A stretch of 46,553 nt of DNA from Escherichia phage vB_EcoS_IME542, in the sequence record MK372342. One strand, 5' to 3'. Position 1 is the stretch's first letter, and every line of letters begins with the position of its first letter. A program made the position numbers and the translations under genes. Positions 16,386 to 25,254 of the stretch are shown here, in pieces. The notes under the pieces were generated by a model that had not been told where the DNA came from, did not search any database, and saw only the letters and a list, made by a program, of their open reading frames with translations.

Positions 16386-16565
16386 ATGAGATTCCAACAG
16401 AGCGAACCTAAGCTTCAGGCCAACCACTTCGATGGCTACGCAACATTCATCATTGCACAGGCTTGCGGAATGCGTGAAGACCCACAGGTTCACACAATTC
16501 ATTTAACTGAAGAGCAGGCTCGAGAGTTGGCTTACGAAATTCTTGAGCAATTGAATCGAATTTAA
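16386..16565 (+). CDS. hypothetical protein (ATG 16386 with GAGGTGA RBS)
   Basis: 59 aa. Confidence 0.45.
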   Translation: MRFQQSEPKLQANHFDGYATFIIAQACGMREDPQVHTIHLTEEQARELAYEILEQLNRI

Positions 16566-16614
16566 CGCATCTAAAACGCATTCTAACGAACGATAATTTA
16601 AGGCATACGATTAG

Positions 16615-16770
16615 ATGGATAACTACGAATTACCAAGCCAGTGGGCAAAGAGAAAGATGGATGAGGCTAGGAATGGAGATATTGCTATGATGTACTTTGA
16701 GCCAATGAATCTATGGAAGGAGCGCGAGGATAAGATGGGACTTACAGCAGAGAAAAAAGAGCAAGAATAG
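16615..16770 (+). CDS. hypothetical small protein (51 aa)
   Basis: MDNYELPSQWAKRKMDEARNGDIAMMYFEPMNLWKEREDKMGLTAEKKEQE; weak RBS. Confidence 0.3.
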   Translation: MDNYELPSQWAKRKMDEARNGDIAMMYFEPMNLWKEREDKMGLTAEKKEQE

Positions 16771-16831
16771 CTAAACGCATTCGCCATGGACGGCATATAA
16801 TTACCTTATCAACACAATGAGAGATTGAGAG

Positions 16832-17020
16832 ATGAGTTATTCAAAGATTTATGTAGTCTATGGGTATAATATAGGTGACGAAGATTCTATAAGCGTCATC
16901 GCATTCCCGACGAGGTGTGACGCTGAATCATTCGTAAATTCAATGAACTGTAATGATAAGATGGCGTTTGATGAATACGATTTCGAAGAGATTGATTTTG
17001 CTGATACAACGAGAGGTTAA
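16832..17020 (+). CDS. hypothetical protein
   Basis: 62 aa ORF with GAGAG RBS. Confidence 0.45.
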   Translation: MSYSKIYVVYGYNIGDEDSISVIAFPTRCDAESFVNSMNCNDKMAFDEYDFEEIDFADTTRG

Positions 17021-17023
17021 ATA

Positions 17024-17260
17024 ATGTTCGGATTAGAAGACGCATACTTTAACGCAGTTAAGCGCCAGGCTGACAAGCTGAACGATGAGTACGGCAAACT
17101 GGGAGCAAAGAAGAAGGATGATAAAGTTGTTGCTGCACTTATAACCCAGATCTGGGGGCCCGTATCAACACTAATCGCGAGGGATAAGTTTGTATGGATT
17201 GCGGGTTATAGAAAAGGTCGTGTTGGTCATGATGAGAATGGGAATAGCCTTTATGAGTAA
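17024..17260 (+). CDS. hypothetical protein
   Basis: 78 aa ORF, 3 nt after previous stop. Confidence 0.45.
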   Translation: MFGLEDAYFNAVKRQADKLNDEYGKLGAKKKDDKVVAALITQIWGPVSTLIARDKFVWIAGYRKGRVGHDENGNSLYE

Positions 17261-17665
17261 GTTAGATAAAGCATTTTTTAGATTTGCTTTTTGTCTAGTG
17301 GTTGCATACAGCATCGGCGCTGTTGTGTTCGTGGTTATGTTATGAGCGAGTTAACAATCTGGTTTATCGAAGGGCTGGTTGCTTGAGATTATTTTTAATC
17401 GTTTAAATGAGGATTGTTAAAAAGATCTTGCATCTCTGAGCGGAAGCATCTAATATTAACCACGTAGACAAACGAGGCCACCAAGTGGCAACGGCGCACG
17501 GAGCGCAACTACTAAGTCCGTCGCTCATTAGGTAGCGTATGCGGCACATTAAACCCTCAAGGGGCTTGTAAGACCTAGCGCAAATAGGCAGTTAAATCGG
17601 TCGTAGCAGGCGACGCTGGAGCCGTAACCAGTAATCTTCATCTAGCAAGTCTAGCTAAAGATTAT

Positions 17666-17740
17666 GCTCTGTTAGCTTAATGGAGAAAGCCGCAGCCTTC
17701 TAAGCTGTTGATGGTGGTTCAACTCCACCACGGAGCGCCA
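17666..17740 (+). tRNA. tRNA-Arg (anticodon UCU), CCA encoded
   Basis: Hand-folded cloverleaf: acceptor GCTCTGT/ACGGAGC, D-arm GCTT-AATGGAGA-AAGC, anticodon stem GCAGC/GCTGT with loop CTTCTAA, T-arm GGTGG-TTCAACT-CCACC, discriminator G, CCA. Confidence 0.7.
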
Positions 17741-17759
17741 AATTCAAGGAGCACTATCA

Positions 17760-17942
17760 ATGTGGGATGTGAAGTTATCTATTCGTTTAATGGGTCGCAG
17801 TTGCAAGAATTGCACTCAAGAATACATCGCGTCAGTTGCCGCAATCAGCGCTGAGGATGCGGTAGCGAAAGTAAAGGAGATGTCGGGCGCTGACCCTGAC
17901 ACTCATAAATTCCTAGTATCTTACGTTCGTGAGCGAAAATAA
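17760..17942 (+). CDS. hypothetical protein
   Basis: 60 aa; AAGGAG RBS; followed by terminator. Confidence 0.45.
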   Translation: MWDVKLSIRLMGRSCKNCTQEYIASVAAISAEDAVAKVKEMSGADPDTHKFLVSYVRERK

Positions 17943-17986
17943 AAAGTGTTATACCCTCGTTTAAGTTTCATCTCTCTCGTTGTTTT

Positions 17987-18011
17987 AGCCCTCGCTTGAG
18001 GGCTTTTTTTC
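17987..18011 (+). terminator. rho-independent terminator
   Basis: AGCCCTC-gctt-GAGGGCT followed by TTTTTTT. Confidence 0.75.
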
Positions 18012-18021
18012 GTCTGCAATA

Positions 18022-18030
18022 TGCTATAAT
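18022..18030 (+). promoter_or_regulatory. extended -10 promoter element TGcTATAAT for the packaging/structural operon
   Basis: Perfect TGnTATAAT immediately after the terminator; no upstream TAGCA box. Confidence 0.45.
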
Positions 18031-18053
18031 CTATCCTGAACAGAGGAGGATTT

Positions 18054-18155
18054 ATGAGTAATATTATTGCTACAATTATCTTTGGTGCCACTTTGCCTTT
18101 CATTTGTTCTAGGTGTGGTATGGTTACTAACTTTACTAGGATTCTAATAACATGA
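18054..18155 (+). CDS. hypothetical small membrane peptide (33 aa)
   Basis: MSNIIATIIFGATLPFICSRCGMVTNFTRILIT; strong GAGGAGG RBS; ATGA overlap with next gene. Confidence 0.4.
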   Translation: MSNIIATIIFGATLPFICSRCGMVTNFTRILIT

Positions 18156-18658
18156 GCAAAGTAGCGTTAAAGATGGGCGAGGGGAATTTCAAGGCGCTCT
18201 ACAACAAGAAGTATGGCGATATTGCTATGGTGGCAATCAATCGCAAGTACACGCCAGAAGAGGTGTTTGATTTCGCGGTGAGATACTTCTCATGGGCTGA
18301 GAGTGAGGCAATCAAAGCTATTGAGACGGCGGCTTTCCGGGGAGTTGTTAGTGAAAACCTTGTACATAAGCCGAGAGTATTCACATTAACCGGCCTGGCG
18401 CTATTCATGGGTGTCAATATCAATAGATTCGCCAGCTGGCGTACTGAGGCTGGTTACTCTGACGTGATGGAATTTATTGATAACGTAATCTACGAGCAAA
18501 AATATCAGCTTGGCGTTGCGGGTATCATCAACCCCACAATCGTTGGTAAAGAGCTAGGGATTGATAAGCCGCAGGAGATTACCATTAGCAACAACTCCAC
18601 AGCTAACGACGTTGATAGCATGAAGGAAGCGCTGGAGTCTGTGATTAGCAAGCTGTAA
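18152..18658 (+). CDS. terminase small subunit (putative)
   Basis: 168 aa gene immediately upstream of terminase large subunit; call is positional. Confidence 0.5.
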   Translation: MSKVALKMGEGNFKALYNKKYGDIAMVAINRKYTPEEVFDFAVRYFSWAESEAIKAIETAAFRGVVSENLVHKPRVFTLTGLALFMGVNINRFASWRTEAGYSDVMEFIDNVIYEQKYQLGVAGIINPTIVGKELGIDKPQEITISNNSTANDVDSMKEALESVISKL

Positions 18659-18676
18659 CAATACGAGGGTATAACA

Positions 18677-20251
18677 ATGACTGATGTTTTAGTTTGGGAG
18701 GAACTATCCCAATCAGAGAAACAGGCGATTAAGCTACTATCCACCCACAACTTCGAAACATTCCTTCGTGTGTGGTTCAGCATCACGCAAGGGCAGAAGT
18801 ATATAATGAACTGGCATCATAGATACCTATGCAGGATTGTTGATGAGATTATTAGCGGAGAGCGAAAGGATACAATCATAAATGTATCACCTGGCGCCGG
18901 AAAAACCGAAATCACGTCCATTCACTTTCCTGTTTATAGTTACCTCAAGCTACCAAAAGTTCGTAACCTTAGCCTGTCATTCTCTGATAGCCTGGTCAAG
19001 CGAAACTCTAAGCGAGTTAGGGACCTTATTAAATCAATGGAGTTCCAGGAGTTATTCCCAAGCAGGTTCGGTACGTGTAAGGATGACGAGATTCAGGTGC
19101 TTGATGAATCAGGAAAGGTTAGATTTGAGTCAATATCAAAGGCTATTGGAGGGCAAATAACCGGATCGAGAGGTGGTTACATTACGGATACTTATAGCGG
19201 CTGCCTGATGCTGGATGACGTTGATAAAGTTGATGACATGCTTAGCAAGGTGAGGCGTGAAGCAGTACATATGCTTCTAAAGAACACAATTCGCTCTCGT
19301 CGGGCAAGTTCGGTAAAAGGAAAAGCAACACCAATTATATCAATACAGCAGCGATTGCATGTGAACGATAGCTCGTGGTTCATGGCTGAATCTGGGGGTA
19401 TGGGTATAGATTTCGATGTTGTGAAGATTCCAGCGATAGTTACTGAGGATTACATCGACACGCTCCCTGACTGGCTAAAGCCACACTTCGAGGCTGATGT
19501 TCTATCTAGCGAGTACATCGAGCGAGATGGGGTTAAATACTACAGCTACTACCCACAGAAGGAATCCATTCATGATTTAATGGCAATGCAGGACGCGGAC
19601 CCATATACGTTCGCAAGCCAATATATGCAAAGCCCAATAGCTCTCGGTGGCAACATGATTGATACGGATTGGTTTATTCGTTACGGTGGGGATTTGCGAG
19701 CGCCATTAAAGTATGACTACCGATTCATCACTGCGGATACCGCGCTCACGACTAAGTCGTACAGTGACTTTAGCGTGTTCCAGTTGTGGGGCGTTAAGGA
19801 TAGAAAGCTATACCTTCTTGATATGGTTAGGGGTAAGTATGAGGCACCGGAACTCGAGGCAACACTATTGGACTTTGAGGCCAAAGCAAGAGCCACTAGT
19901 CGAGAGGAGGGGATACTTCGCAAGGTAATAATCGAGAAGAAAGCGTCAGGTATCGGCTTAATTCAATCTGCAAGTAGGGTTATGCGCACACCGATTGAGC
20001 CATTTATACCAGATACAGACAAGGTAACTCGCGTACTTTCTGCCATGCCTCAGATTAAGGCTGGCAATGTCATGATACCAGAGTCAGCGCCGTGGATGAG
20101 TGCACTCATCTCTGAGTTTTCAGCATTTACAGCAGACCTATCTCACCGCCATGATGACATTGTAGACACAACAACCATGGCAATAAACTGTGAGCTAAAT
20201 TTAGCCGACGATGCAAAACTAAGAATGCTGCGCCTTGCTGGGATTAAGTAG
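18677..20251 (+). CDS. terminase large subunit
   Basis: 524 aa; Walker A-like VSPGAGKTE, Walker B-like CLMLDDVDK; position before portal. Confidence 0.8.
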   Translation: MTDVLVWEELSQSEKQAIKLLSTHNFETFLRVWFSITQGQKYIMNWHHRYLCRIVDEIISGERKDTIINVSPGAGKTEITSIHFPVYSYLKLPKVRNLSLSFSDSLVKRNSKRVRDLIKSMEFQELFPSRFGTCKDDEIQVLDESGKVRFESISKAIGGQITGSRGGYITDTYSGCLMLDDVDKVDDMLSKVRREAVHMLLKNTIRSRRASSVKGKATPIISIQQRLHVNDSSWFMAESGGMGIDFDVVKIPAIVTEDYIDTLPDWLKPHFEADVLSSEYIERDGVKYYSYYPQKESIHDLMAMQDADPYTFASQYMQSPIALGGNMIDTDWFIRYGGDLRAPLKYDYRFITADTALTTKSYSDFSVFQLWGVKDRKLYLLDMVRGKYEAPELEATLLDFEAKARATSREEGILRKVIIEKKASGIGLIQSASRVMRTPIEPFIPDTDKVTRVLSAMPQIKAGNVMIPESAPWMSALISEFSAFTADLSHRHDDIVDTTTMAINCELNLADDAKLRMLRLAGIK

Positions 20252-20294
20252 CACTTTTTGTTAAAAGAATAACTCAAGGATGAGTTATCATAAT
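20249..20294 (+). promoter_or_regulatory. boxed promoter element in front of HNH gene (box TAGCActttttGTTA, hairpin ATAACTCA-agga-TGAGTTAT, CATAAT)
   Basis: Read directly; terminase stop TAG is the first three bases of the box. Confidence 0.5.
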
Positions 20295-20311
20295 AAAAAT
20301 AAGGAGGGAAA

Positions 20312-20836
20312 ATGATTAAGCGAACTGAAATTTACGATATAGCAATAGATTATCTTACATACGACGGTGTTAATGTTTTATGGAAGAAGAAGATAAAAAA
20401 GAGTAAGTACTACCCTGGAGATGTTGCTGGAACAATTGACTTTCAGGGGTATATTAGGGTTGCTCTATTCAGAAAACCAGTAATGGCGCACAGGTTCGCT
20501 TGGGAGTTTATTAATGGACCAATACCTGACGGTATGCAAGTTGACCATATAAACCACAACAGGTCCGATAATAGAATTGAGAACTTAAGGTTAGTCACCC
20601 ATCATGAGAACTCAGTAAACATAAAGATGCCGAAGAACAACACATCTGGTCACATTGGCGTTCACTACAATAAAAACAGGGGGACCTGGCAAGCTTCGAT
20701 AGGTGGGCGCAACAAAGAAACTCATGAGCATCTTGGGTGTTTTCACAACAGGGAGGACGCAATAAAGGCAAGAAAGATAGCTGAGATTAGGCTTGGTTAT
20801 CACAAAAACCATGGCAAGACAGATGATGAAATCTGA
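20312..20836 (+). CDS. HNH homing endonuclease, paralog 2 of 5 (between terminase and portal)
   Basis: VDHINHNRSDNRIENLRLVT HNH motif, C-terminal GYHKNHGK. Confidence 0.85.
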   Translation: MIKRTEIYDIAIDYLTYDGVNVLWKKKIKKSKYYPGDVAGTIDFQGYIRVALFRKPVMAHRFAWEFINGPIPDGMQVDHINHNRSDNRIENLRLVTHHENSVNIKMPKNNTSGHIGVHYNKNRGTWQASIGGRNKETHEHLGCFHNREDAIKARKIAEIRLGYHKNHGKTDDEI

Positions 20837-20844
20837 GTTACAAT

Positions 20845-20868
20845 AGCCCCACATGGGGCTTTTTTTAT
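20845..20868 (+). terminator. rho-independent terminator
   Basis: AGCCCC-acat-GGGGCT followed by TTTTTTT. Confidence 0.7.
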
Positions 20869-20880
20869 TGGAGAAATGCA

Positions 20881-22137
20881 ATGGTAAAAACAGACAGCTA
20901 CGCCAATATCTTTCTTGGCGGCAGTGATGGTAGTGAGATTTACGGAAGTTTACAGAATCAAGCGCCTACAATTCTGGCTTCGCTTTATGCGGATAATGCA
21001 ATTGTGCGTCGAATTATTGACACAATCCCAGAGACGGCACTAGCAGCAGGATTCCACATTGACGGTATTGATGACGAACCCGCATTCTGGTCTCGCTGGG
21101 ACGATTTGGAGATGACGCAGAATATTAACGACGCTTGGTCGTGGGCCAGATTATTCGGCGGTTCTGCCATTGTAGCTATCGTTAAGGACAATAGAGCGCT
21201 AACAAGTCCGGTCAGAGAAGGTTCTGAGCTTGAAACTGTTCGCGTTTACGACCGTACGCAGGTAAAAGTACAGACTCGCGAAGAGAATCCGCGCAACGCA
21301 CGTTTCGGTAAGCCGCTAACCTATCGCATCACTACTAACGAGAGTGAAATGTTCTACGACGTACACTACAGCCGCATTCATATCATCGATGGTGAGCGAA
21401 TCCCTAACGTAATGCGTAGGCAGAATGATGGCTGGGGTCGTAGCGTTCTATCCAGTGACATTCTTGACTCAATCAAGGATTACACTAACTGCGAGCGACT
21501 CGCCACGCAATTACTTAGACGTAAACAGCAGGCAGTGTGGAAAGCGAAAGGGCTGGCTGAGTTATGTGATGATAGCGAGGGGTTTGGCGCTGCAAGATTA
21601 CGACTAGCGCAGGTTGACAATAATAGCGGCGTTGGTCAGGCAATTGGTATTGATGCCGAATCTGAAGAGTATAGCGTTCTCAACTCTGATATTGGCGGTA
21701 TTGATGCGTTCCTGGATAAGAAGTTTGACAGAATCGTTGCTCTGAGCGGCATTCATGAAATCATCCTGAAGAACAAGAACGTTGGTGGCTTATCATCCAG
21801 CCAGAATACGGCGCTTGAGACATTCCACAAGTTGATTGACCGTAAGCGCAACGCTGAACTACTGCCAATTCTTGAGTTCTTAATCCCGTTCATCGTAAAC
21901 GCAGAAGAATGGTCAGTTGAGTTTAACCCTCTAGCCCAGGAATCAAGCAAGGACAAGGCAGAAGTTTTGGAGAAGAACGTAAACAGCATCGCAGCACTAA
22001 TTGCATCTGGCGCTATGGATACCAATGAGGCACGTGATACACTACGAGCTATCGCACCAGAGATTAAGATTGGTGATAATGATATTCAGTTCGAGCAATC
22101 GGATTTAATTACAGAGACGGAGGTTGTAATTGCGTAA
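20881..22137 (+). CDS. portal protein (putative)
   Basis: 418 aa gene directly after terminase module; call is positional and by size. Confidence 0.6.
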   Translation: MVKTDSYANIFLGGSDGSEIYGSLQNQAPTILASLYADNAIVRRIIDTIPETALAAGFHIDGIDDEPAFWSRWDDLEMTQNINDAWSWARLFGGSAIVAIVKDNRALTSPVREGSELETVRVYDRTQVKVQTREENPRNARFGKPLTYRITTNESEMFYDVHYSRIHIIDGERIPNVMRRQNDGWGRSVLSSDILDSIKDYTNCERLATQLLRRKQQAVWKAKGLAELCDDSEGFGAARLRLAQVDNNSGVGQAIGIDAESEEYSVLNSDIGGIDAFLDKKFDRIVALSGIHEIILKNKNVGGLSSSQNTALETFHKLIDRKRNAELLPILEFLIPFIVNAEEWSVEFNPLAQESSKDKAEVLEKNVNSIAALIASGAMDTNEARDTLRAIAPEIKIGDNDIQFEQSDLITETEVVIA

Positions 22138-22202
22138 ATTAACTGGTTTCGGAGAGGGGTAATGAATGATGAGTTTGATGGATTTTAGTGAGGATAATTG
22201 GG

Positions 22203-23312
22203 ATGTGTAAAATACGCTATGACAGTGCAAAGGTGAAGGCTCGATTTGATGAAAACGGCTTTCTTGTTGATACCCCGATTGTTGCGCGCGTCGGGGTGCA
22301 AACTTACTACCTTCCAGACGGTACGGAACGCAGAGAATTTAGGCCAGCCTCAGAGGTATTTAAACCTGATTCTCTGGCTAGTTATCAAGGTAAGCCAATT
22401 ACATTGGGTCATGTGTTTGTTAACTCAGAGAATGCTAAAGAGGTTGTTGTAGGTGCTGTATCTGGCGCAGCTATGCGTGAAGACTCGAATGTTATTGTTC
22501 CTTTAACTGTTTACGACAAGGAATCAATTGAGAAGGCTAAATCTGGCGAGGCTGGTGAGTTATCAGTAGGATACTCCACTGTTGATATTGATTCGAAAGG
22601 TTGGGGTAGCAATGAAACTGGTGAGTATAAGCTAGATGGGGAGTACCAATCACAAGGTGAAATCCCTTCTGACTGGGTTAGATTCGATGCTCTGCAAACT
22701 GAAATCAAAGTAAACCACGTCGCACTTGTCTATCATGGTCGCGCGGGGGTAGCCAAACTTAATTTTGACGCTCAACAGGAAAACCCGTATACTGACAGCG
22801 TTGATTCTATTAAAGAGGACGTAAAAGAAATGGTTAAGATTAAACTAGACGGCGCTCAGGAGTTTGAAATTGCTCCCGAAGTCGCCGCTCACATTGAAGC
22901 AGTTAAAGCTGACTCCGCAAAAGAGAAAGCAAAAGCTGACGCGCTGGAAGCTGAGCGTGATGCACTTAAGGCTAAAGTTGATGCAATGCCAGCAGAAATC
23001 GAGAAAGCAGTTGCTAAAGCGAAATCAGACGCAGACGCGCTCGCAACTCTGGTTGCTGTTGCTGCTGAAGCTGGTGTTAAAGCTGATGGTCTGGATGCTA
23101 AAGGCATCAAAGTAGCTTACGTTAAAGAAGTCTCAGGTCTGGATGTTTCTGAGAAGTCTGACGCGTATATCGACGCGGCGTTCGACATTGCCAAGGAATC
23201 TGATAAAATGGCTGAAGTTCGCAAGGCTACCACAGCTTCCGATAAATCTGACGGCAAAGATGATGTGAAGGTTCTTAACCCTCGCGCTCGTCTGGCTAAA
23301 ATTAAAAAATAA
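22203..23312 (+). CDS. head morphogenesis protein: putative prohead protease/scaffold with Ala/Lys/Glu-rich coiled-coil C-terminus
   Basis: C-terminal AKEKAKADALEAERDALKAKVDAMPAEIEKAVAKAK... repeats; position between portal and capsid genes; ATG 22203 with GAGGA RBS. Confidence 0.5.
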   Translation: MCKIRYDSAKVKARFDENGFLVDTPIVARVGVQTYYLPDGTERREFRPASEVFKPDSLASYQGKPITLGHVFVNSENAKEVVVGAVSGAAMREDSNVIVPLTVYDKESIEKAKSGEAGELSVGYSTVDIDSKGWGSNETGEYKLDGEYQSQGEIPSDWVRFDALQTEIKVNHVALVYHGRAGVAKLNFDAQQENPYTDSVDSIKEDVKEMVKIKLDGAQEFEIAPEVAAHIEAVKADSAKEKAKADALEAERDALKAKVDAMPAEIEKAVAKAKSDADALATLVAVAAEAGVKADGLDAKGIKVAYVKEVSGLDVSEKSDAYIDAAFDIAKESDKMAEVRKATTASDKSDGKDDVKVLNPRARLAKIKK

Positions 23313-23322
23313 GGAGTCCTAA

Positions 23323-23793
23323 ATGGCAATTCGTTCTGTAGCTCTGGCAGGTATGGTAGCTGATACTTCCCTGTATAATATCGATGGCGCTTGTGTAGTT
23401 GGTGGCACTGCTCCAATCAATGTCGGTGTGGCTGTTAAAGTTTACCCAGCACCACTAATCGATGGTCACAAAGTTGTGGTCGCTACTGGCATCGCAGCTA
23501 ACCAGGCTGTCGGCGTAGTTGTTAACTCTCATTACGAGACTCCAGACGGCACCGCTAAAGCGAAGGAAGCCGTTAACGTAATGACTGATGGTAGAATTTG
23601 GATGCGCACCACCCTTACAAGAGCGCCAACATTTGGTGCTCCTGTACTGGTAAGCGCTACTGGCGTTGTAGGCGATTCTGGTGCAGCAACTGGCTGGACC
23701 TTCGCTGGCGGCTTCATTCCTAACACTGGCACTAAGCCGCAAGACCTTAGCGTAGATGGCGCTTTGGTTGAGGTTCAGGTTAAACAGAAGTAA
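23323..23793 (+). CDS. putative capsid decoration or other abundant head protein
   Basis: 156 aa; strong RBS TAAGGAG; Gly/Ala/Val-rich; followed by strong terminator. Confidence 0.35.
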   Translation: MAIRSVALAGMVADTSLYNIDGACVVGGTAPINVGVAVKVYPAPLIDGHKVVVATGIAANQAVGVVVNSHYETPDGTAKAKEAVNVMTDGRIWMRTTLTRAPTFGAPVLVSATGVVGDSGAATGWTFAGGFIPNTGTKPQDLSVDGALVEVQVKQK

Positions 23794-23810
23794 GATTATC
23801 CTTAATTAAA

Positions 23811-23837
23811 TAAGCCTCCTTCGGGAGGTTTTTTTAT
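23811..23837 (+). terminator. rho-independent terminator
   Basis: AAGCCTCC-ttcg-GGAGGTT followed by TTTTTTT. Confidence 0.75.
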
Positions 23838-24119
23838 GCTTAAAATCTGTTAACATCAACTCTCTTAAACAATTTCAGGAGTAACAAAATTAGCCTCATT
23901 GAATTAGTAAGGGAAAATATTCGCAATGGCGCAGTTAACATTAAAGGTGTTGAACTATCTAATGAGTTCTCTGTCTTTAAGGAGATTCGACCAGCCACAT
24001 CAATTGCGTCACCGCAAACAATCACTGCAAGGGATGAAACAAAGCTAAGATTTACTAACTACGGGTTTGCGACTGTTGCCAGCTCCTACACAGGAACTGC
24101 GCCAAGTAACGGCATTCAA

Positions 24120-25163
24120 ATGAAAGTCGAGTTTATGACAGATAGTCAACTTTTTGAGATTAAAACTATTGGTTCAATTGCCACATACTCAATCTTTGTT
24201 GATGGAAAGCTCTGCAATGCTGACGCAATCACTACCGCAAACGGAGAGGCTGTTAGCTGGATTCAGGTAAAGGCTAACGATGGAGTAATTCGAAAGGTAA
24301 GGCACGTTGAGATTTATGGCATAAACACAGCGCTTGGTGCAATCCAGGCAAACACGGAAGACACATTCTCTTCGGATATCAGCTCTGAGCGGCCATTAAT
24401 TTATCAGATGGGTGATAGTTACACTTATGGTACTGGTGCTGCATACCCAACTCAGGCTTATGTATCATCCCCAGCAATCAATGACTTTTATGCATATAGT
24501 CGCGCCCTAGGATTTGACGGAATTGCTGAATGGATCGGAGGTAGTGGGTGGAACAGTACTGGCGGTCAGTATCCAGCAACAAGGGTATCAACCAGGCTTG
24601 CTAATATTAACAGAAAACCATCTGCGATTGTTTTCGCTCTTGGTTACAATGACGCTGCCGCAATTAACTCTGGTACAAACAAAGAAAAGCTAGTAACCAG
24701 CATGATTGAAGCGGTATCGGCAGCCAAGGCCGCTCACCCAAATGTTCCAATCGTTGTAGTAAGCCCCGCCACTCCGAAGGGAATTACATCAAACATTCAG
24801 ACTGTTTATGACCTGGTTAAGGGTTTCTGCTCTAAGAATGGTATCGAGCTGCTCGAGGTTAGTAATGCGGTAACTAACGCCAATTCTGTTGTTTACACTG
24901 GCACGGATAACGTTCACCCTAACGGTCTTGGGCACCAACATCGTGGCTTGGAGATTGCAAGGTACGTCAAAAGGGTTGCTTTGTCTGGCGGCAGCCTTGT
25001 TCCGAAATTTACCTCTGGATATATTGTTAACTTTATCGAGAGAAACGGATTTTCTGTTGAAGTTAAATCGGAAACTGTTCAAGCTGAATCTCTTGAGGCT
25101 GCACAAAATATCATCAAGTCACGAGCTGAAGCTAACGGCTCTATAATGATTGAAATCGTTTAA
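24120..25163 (+). CDS. SGNH/GDSL-family hydrolase (esterase) with N-terminal non-catalytic domain
   Basis: Block I YQMGDSYTYG, block III LGYNDA, block V DNVHPN; in-frame stop-free extension upstream to 23844 without ATG/GTG/TTG. Confidence 0.7.
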   Translation: MKVEFMTDSQLFEIKTIGSIATYSIFVDGKLCNADAITTANGEAVSWIQVKANDGVIRKVRHVEIYGINTALGAIQANTEDTFSSDISSERPLIYQMGDSYTYGTGAAYPTQAYVSSPAINDFYAYSRALGFDGIAEWIGGSGWNSTGGQYPATRVSTRLANINRKPSAIVFALGYNDAAAINSGTNKEKLVTSMIEAVSAAKAAHPNVPIVVVSPATPKGITSNIQTVYDLVKGFCSKNGIELLEVSNAVTNANSVVYTGTDNVHPNGLGHQHRGLEIARYVKRVALSGGSLVPKFTSGYIVNFIERNGFSVEVKSETVQAESLEAAQNIIKSRAEANGSIMIEIV

Positions 25164-25254
25164 CTTAAGCGCCTCATGGACGAGGCTATTGCTACACCTG
25201 AAAACTAGTGTATAATTGACTTGTACATACCTAACTGAAAAGGAATAAACAAGA

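Noticed and set aside
17493-17510. Sequence GGCGCACGGAGCGCAACT resembling the 3' acceptor region of the nearby tRNA (shared CACGGAGCGC), possibly a tRNA remnant or att-like site
   Set aside because: Only a 10-nt match, expected by chance in a 46 kb genome; no cloverleaf folds around it and no integrase gene is present.
22864-23115. Alternate-frame ORFs 22864..23115 (+) and 22889..23110 (-) rich in K/L/Q or A/S
   Set aside because: They overlap the repetitive Ala/Lys/Glu-coding scaffold region of 22203..23312 and are frame artefacts of that repeat.
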